Assembly: GCA_963662665.2 (NCBI GenBank)
Contig: CAXXJS010000010.1
Coordinates: 192,001 to 256,000 of the forward strand
Length of the DNA stretch: 64,000 bases
Reading direction: 5' to 3'
From: Candidatus Latescibacterota bacterium
GTDB lineage: Bacteria > Latescibacterota > UBA2968 > GCA-2709665
Both the position numbers and the translations under genes were made by a program. The notes beneath the pieces are model-generated. The model was not told where the DNA came from, did not search any database, and saw nothing but the letters and a program-made list of their open reading frames with translations. Shown here in pieces: positions 60,126 through 64,000 of the stretch. Each line of letters starts with the position of its first letter. Within the stretch, counting starts at the first letter, position 1.

Positions 60126-61541
60126 TTACGACTCGCCACCGTCTGTTTCTTCGTGTTCCCCGGCGTCCCTCGCCTGCAGTTTCCTGGCCGTCTTCGGCGA
60201 CCCGATATAGAGTGAGTCATACGCCGCTTTCGAACTTGGAAAGGGGCCCTCGTGTCGGGTGCCGTGCCACTGCAGATTGGTGAACATCGGATTGGTCAGG
60301 CCCGTTTCTCTTTCTCGTCTTTCAATCCAGGCCTCCATGCGGTGTCGCAGCATCCGAACGACCCCGGATTCCGCTTCCGCAAGATTCACGTTCTCGTCCG
60401 GGTCTTCCACCAGGTTGTACAGCTCTACCTCGGGCTTCCCGTGGAAATCGGGCTCGAGCGCCGCGATCAGCTTCCACTCGGGCGTGCGCCACCCGTGCTT
60501 GCGCATCCAGGTGGCCTCCGTGATATAGAATTCAGACCGGTTCGACGCCCGCTGTCCACGAATCAGCGGCAAAAGGTTATCCCCGTCAAATTCGATGTTT
60601 GTGCCAACATCCAGAAGCTCCAATAGGGTCGGCACGAGATCGGGGTGACTCGTATGGCCGTTCACGCGCAACCCTTCCGGCAGCACGCCCGGTAGACGCA
60701 GAATCAGCGGTACATGCAGGGTGCAGTCGTACATTCCGTGATGATCGAAATAACAATCGTGATCGGCCAGCGTTTCGCCGTGGTCTCCGTTGTATACGAC
60801 GAGCGTCTCTTCTGCCAGTCCCAGTTCCTCCAGGCGGGTAAGGATCCGCTGGATACAGGCATCCATATACGCGACTTCGCCGTCGTACTGCGCGATCACG
60901 TAGTCCGCGTCGGTGATGCCGGGCGGCATCCAGCTGAGATGAAAGTCCCGAAACGGCTTGAAATTCCGCACGGGCTCCATCGACGTTTTGGCCGGATCGC
61001 ACGGATCGCCACTGTAAAACATCGTATCGTACGGCGGAGGCGGCAGGTAAGGCGCGTGAGGGTCCATATGCCGCAAAAACAGGAAGAAGGGCCGGTCGGC
61101 CGCCGCGAGCCGATCCAGTTCCGGAATCGTGACGTCGTTCAGCCACTCGGCCTTGCGAAGGGGTCGTTGCTCCCACGACCCCCATGCCTCGTAGTTGAGG
61201 TACCTGTCGAACCCCCGCGAACCGGGGTTGCCAGTGAAACCGACGCAAGTCGTATCGTATCCGGCGTCGCGAAGAATCTCGGGAAGACTCGTCACCTCGG
61301 GCCTTAAACCGCCCTGGTGGCGCAGCGCCACGACTTGCGTGGAAAAACAGTCCATGCCGGTCAGCATTGACGCATAGGCAGAGGTGGTCGGAATGTGCGG
61401 GCTGTAGTTCTTCTCGAACAACACCCCCTGCGTGGCCAGCCGGTCCGCGTAGGGCGTCGTCAGCCGTTCGTACCCGTAGCAGCTCATGTGGTCGGCCCAG
61501 AGGCTGTCCACACCGAGAAACAACAAATTCCGTTTTGACAT
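60126..61541 (-). CDS. Sulfatase-like hydrolase (non-canonical nucleophile motif)
   Basis: DSL.ADH, TP..D.LA..G, DPHAPY, GDHGE, ELYNL..DP.E..NL. Confidence 0.88.
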   Translation of the reverse strand: MSKRNLLFLGVDSLWADHMSCYGYERLTTPYADRLATQGVLFEKNYSPHIPTTSAYASMLTGMDCFSTQVVALRHQGGLRPEVTSLPEILRDAGYDTTCVGFTGNPGSRGFDRYLNYEAWGSWEQRPLRKAEWLNDVTIPELDRLAAADRPFFLFLRHMDPHAPYLPPPPYDTMFYSGDPCDPAKTSMEPVRNFKPFRDFHLSWMPPGITDADYVIAQYDGEVAYMDACIQRILTRLEELGLAEETLVVYNGDHGETLADHDCYFDHHGMYDCTLHVPLILRLPGVLPEGLRVNGHTSHPDLVPTLLELLDVGTNIEFDGDNLLPLIRGQRASNRSEFYITEATWMRKHGWRTPEWKLIAALEPDFHGKPEVELYNLVEDPDENVNLAEAESGVVRMLRHRMEAWIERRERETGLTNPMFTNLQWHGTRHEGPFPSSKAAYDSLYIGSPKTARKLQARDAGEHEETDGGES

Positions 61542-61621
61542 GGTCTATAGACCCTTTTCGTTCGGCGATGAAGCGGCGATACGGAGCCGGAAAACAACGG
61601 ACCCCGACGCCCGTTTCGGAA

Positions 61622-62716
61622 TCAGTCCTGCATCAGCGGGAGTTTCACAGGCTGCCCGGTTTCGTAACACTGCAATGCCGCAAACGCGATTTCGTGCGTC
61701 ACAATCGCATCGTCCAGGTTGCAGTGCGATTCCGTGTCTGTCTGGATACATTGCACGAAATGGTCCATCTGGCCCTGGAACGGGTGGTGGGTCACGTCCG
61801 CGCTGTCCGGAAGGATGGCCGGAATCTCCACCCAGCTGTTCTGCCCCGGATACTTATGCGACCAGACCCGGTTGTCCTTGACGGTTCCCTTATTCCCGAA
61901 GATTTCGACCGGGAACGTGTACGGCATGATGCACCCGTAGTTCACGGAGACCTTTCCGACGGCCCCATTGGAAAACTTCACCAGGGCGACTTCAAGATCG
62001 TCGTACTCCAGGGGCAGGCCGACCACCCACTTGTTGGCAAGGTAGTCGAACTCTTTCTTGAGACCCTTCCGGTAACCACCCGAATAGGCGAAGACCTCCA
62101 CGGGTCGGGCCGCTTCGAACTCGCCCTGCGCGGCGAACCAGCGCAACGAGTCGATGGCGTGGCACCCGCCGGTGAGAAACGCGCTCACGCCGGTGCTCGT
62201 CTTCCTGGCCTCGTCCCAGCCCGTCCACCAGCTTGCGATATCGTGCTGGTAGTCAGTCTCCACGTAGAAGACGTCTCCGAGGGCGTCGTCGGCGACCATT
62301 GCCTTGATGGTCTCGAACAGCGGATTCCACCGCAGCACGAAGCTCACCACCGTCCGCACTCCTGCCTTGTGCACGGCCTCGCGCATGGCCCTGATTTCGT
62401 CCAGGCTGTTGGCGATGGGCTTCTCGATGACAATGTGTTTTCCCGCCTCCGCAGCGGCGATGGTATTCTCCGCGTGAAAACGCTGCGGGGTGCAGACGCA
62501 CACGATGTCCACCCCGTCGTGCGACAGAGCCTGCTCGTAGCTATCGTACAGCCCGATGTCCTCCAGGCCGGCCTCTTCGGCGCGGGTCCGCGCGCTTGAC
62601 AGTTTCCGGCTGGATACGGCCACCACATCGGTATTCGGATTGTTGGTGAAGGCCATGATGTGCTGCGTGGACACCCAGCCTGCCCCGTGAACGAGGACCC
62701 CCAGTTTTTCAGACAT
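61622..62716 (-). CDS. Gfo/Idh/MocA family oxidoreductase
   Basis: GAGWV, CTP..H, GKHIVIEKP, GCHAID. Confidence 0.92.
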   Translation of the reverse strand: MSEKLGVLVHGAGWVSTQHIMAFTNNPNTDVVAVSSRKLSSARTRAEEAGLEDIGLYDSYEQALSHDGVDIVCVCTPQRFHAENTIAAAEAGKHIVIEKPIANSLDEIRAMREAVHKAGVRTVVSFVLRWNPLFETIKAMVADDALGDVFYVETDYQHDIASWWTGWDEARKTSTGVSAFLTGGCHAIDSLRWFAAQGEFEAARPVEVFAYSGGYRKGLKKEFDYLANKWVVGLPLEYDDLEVALVKFSNGAVGKVSVNYGCIMPYTFPVEIFGNKGTVKDNRVWSHKYPGQNSWVEIPAILPDSADVTHHPFQGQMDHFVQCIQTDTESHCNLDDAIVTHEIAFAALQCYETGQPVKLPLMQD

Positions 62717-62795
62717 ATCATACCTCCTTGGAGTGTTTTCCGAGCGGCGGGCAGCCGCGCCTCTCACCGGATTCACCCGCGACCCGGTTTTACAA

Positions 62796-64000
62796 CTACA
62801 ACCGCGACTGATCGAATAGCGGAACGTGTGACAGGGCCGATTCGCCAACTTCCAGTGAGCCCCCGGTCACCGGTCTGTTTTTCCGAATATACGCCATGAG
62901 CAGGTTGTGATATTCCTCTGCGACGTCGGAATGGTCTCTCACCACGTTGGCCAGTTCATTGGGATCCGACGTCAGATCGTACAGCTCCTGCGGCGCCAGA
63001 GGTTGCCTGTTTCCCTCCGCCGGCGCAGGATTGTTCTTCACCCAGGGCGTCTGATAATTCCAGGTCCTGCTGCGAACGCTGGCGTAGTTTCCGAATGCGG
63101 TAATCACGTGTTCCCGCCCGTGTTCAATTTCTCCTGTGAGGAGATCCGCGCCCAGACATCGATCCGGGGCATCGATCCCCATCAATCCCAAAAGGGTGGG
63201 CATCAGGTCCTGGTGTTGTACGAATGCATCCACAACGTTTCCGCCAAAGGCGCCCACGTCCGGATGCCGGATGATCAGAGGCACCTGCGTACATTGCCAG
63301 CGCAGCCGGCTGGGGCCTTTGTGGAGTTGCCCCTGTTCTCCCATCATCGTGCCATGGTCGGAAAGGAAGACCACGATCGAGCCTTCCAGCAGCCCGAGGT
63401 CTTCCGCGGTTTCCATCAGCCGGCCGAACCACCGGTCGATCAACGCGCACAGGCCCCGGTAGTGCGCCCGCACCCGATGGACCTGGTTTTCGCTCATTCC
63501 GTCCGTGCTGGCAGGAGGAAAAATCCACTCCACGCCGTCGTGGTCGTCCCCCTCGTAATGCTGTTCCACCAGTTCAGGAGGGGCAAACCACGGTTCGTGC
63601 GGGAAAAAACACTCCAGCCAGAGCATGAAGGGCTGCTGGCGCGCATTTTCCCTGAGGAATTCGATGCCTTTCCGAAGCACCCGAACGCTGCACCAGTCGG
63701 TCTCGTCTTTCCAGTCCCGGCTGTTCATCAGAAACTGCGTCAGCACGGGCGAGCCCACCCCGGTGGGATCGAACCTGTCAACCGGAACGACGTCGCGGGG
63801 CCCGGCCACTACGTAATCCATTTCCTGTCCGCGTTCCCAGTTGAACTGAACGAACCCCCGGTGGAAGTTCTTGCCGGGTTTGAACTGGTGCGGCAGATCG
63901 CTGATCAGCCCGGTGACGTATCCGCGTTCGACCAGCCACTCCGCCAGGGTCATGTCCTCGTGGAACAGGGGATGCCAGCCGGCAAGCTGCACCCGGTCCC
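62796..64000 (-). CDS. Sulfatase family protein, 5' end outside the window
   Basis: TLAE, PHEPW, SDHG, DLMPTLL, ELYDL..DP.E..NV. Confidence 0.88.
   Translation of the reverse strand, partial: DRVQLAGWHPLFHEDMTLAEWLVERGYVTGLISDLPHQFKPGKNFHRGFVQFNWERGQEMDYVVAGPRDVVPVDRFDPTGVGSPVLTQFLMNSRDWKDETDWCSVRVLRKGIEFLRENARQQPFMLWLECFFPHEPWFAPPELVEQHYEGDDHDGVEWIFPPASTDGMSENQVHRVRAHYRGLCALIDRWFGRLMETAEDLGLLEGSIVVFLSDHGTMMGEQGQLHKGPSRLRWQCTQVPLIIRHPDVGAFGGNVVDAFVQHQDLMPTLLGLMGIDAPDRCLGADLLTGEIEHGREHVITAFGNYASVRSRTWNYQTPWVKNNPAPAEGNRQPLAPQELYDLTSDPNELANVVRDHSDVAEEYHNLLMAYIRKNRPVTGGSLEVGESALSHVPLFDQSRL

Overview
A GC-rich (roughly 60%) bacterial chromosomal window. Housekeeping genes (cysS, ddl, ispDF, queA, dinG, smc, ubiX, a UbiA-family prenyltransferase, tRNA-Thr) sit among many catabolic paralogues (sulfatases, PhyH, Gfo/Idh/MocA, Zn dehydrogenases, amidohydrolases, ceramidase-like proteins). 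That content resembles uncultured marine or sponge-associated diderm bacteria, which is inference only. Main observations: (1) Two genes have an in-frame UGA at a Cys-equivalent position, each followed by a similar hairpin (GUU triloop, bulged 3' C). One is a conventional Rdx/SelW-like CxxU protein. The other is an M20/AbgB-like amidohydrolase whose metal-ligand Cys in GHGCGHN reads GHG-UGA-GHN, a candidate unusual selenoenzyme that the ORF track splits in two. (2) An ORF-less 756-nt group II intron sits precisely inside one of three copies of a ~197-bp MITE, with a perfect EBS1-IBS1 match and two empty sister sites in the same window. (3) A second, IS630-type MITE and two IS630 elements are stacked end to end at shared CTAG sites. 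(4) There are several degenerate enzymes (RSH synthetase, RNB nuclease), unusual fusions and an unrecognised ~31-aa repeat. All calls were made by eye from motifs; no database searches were run.
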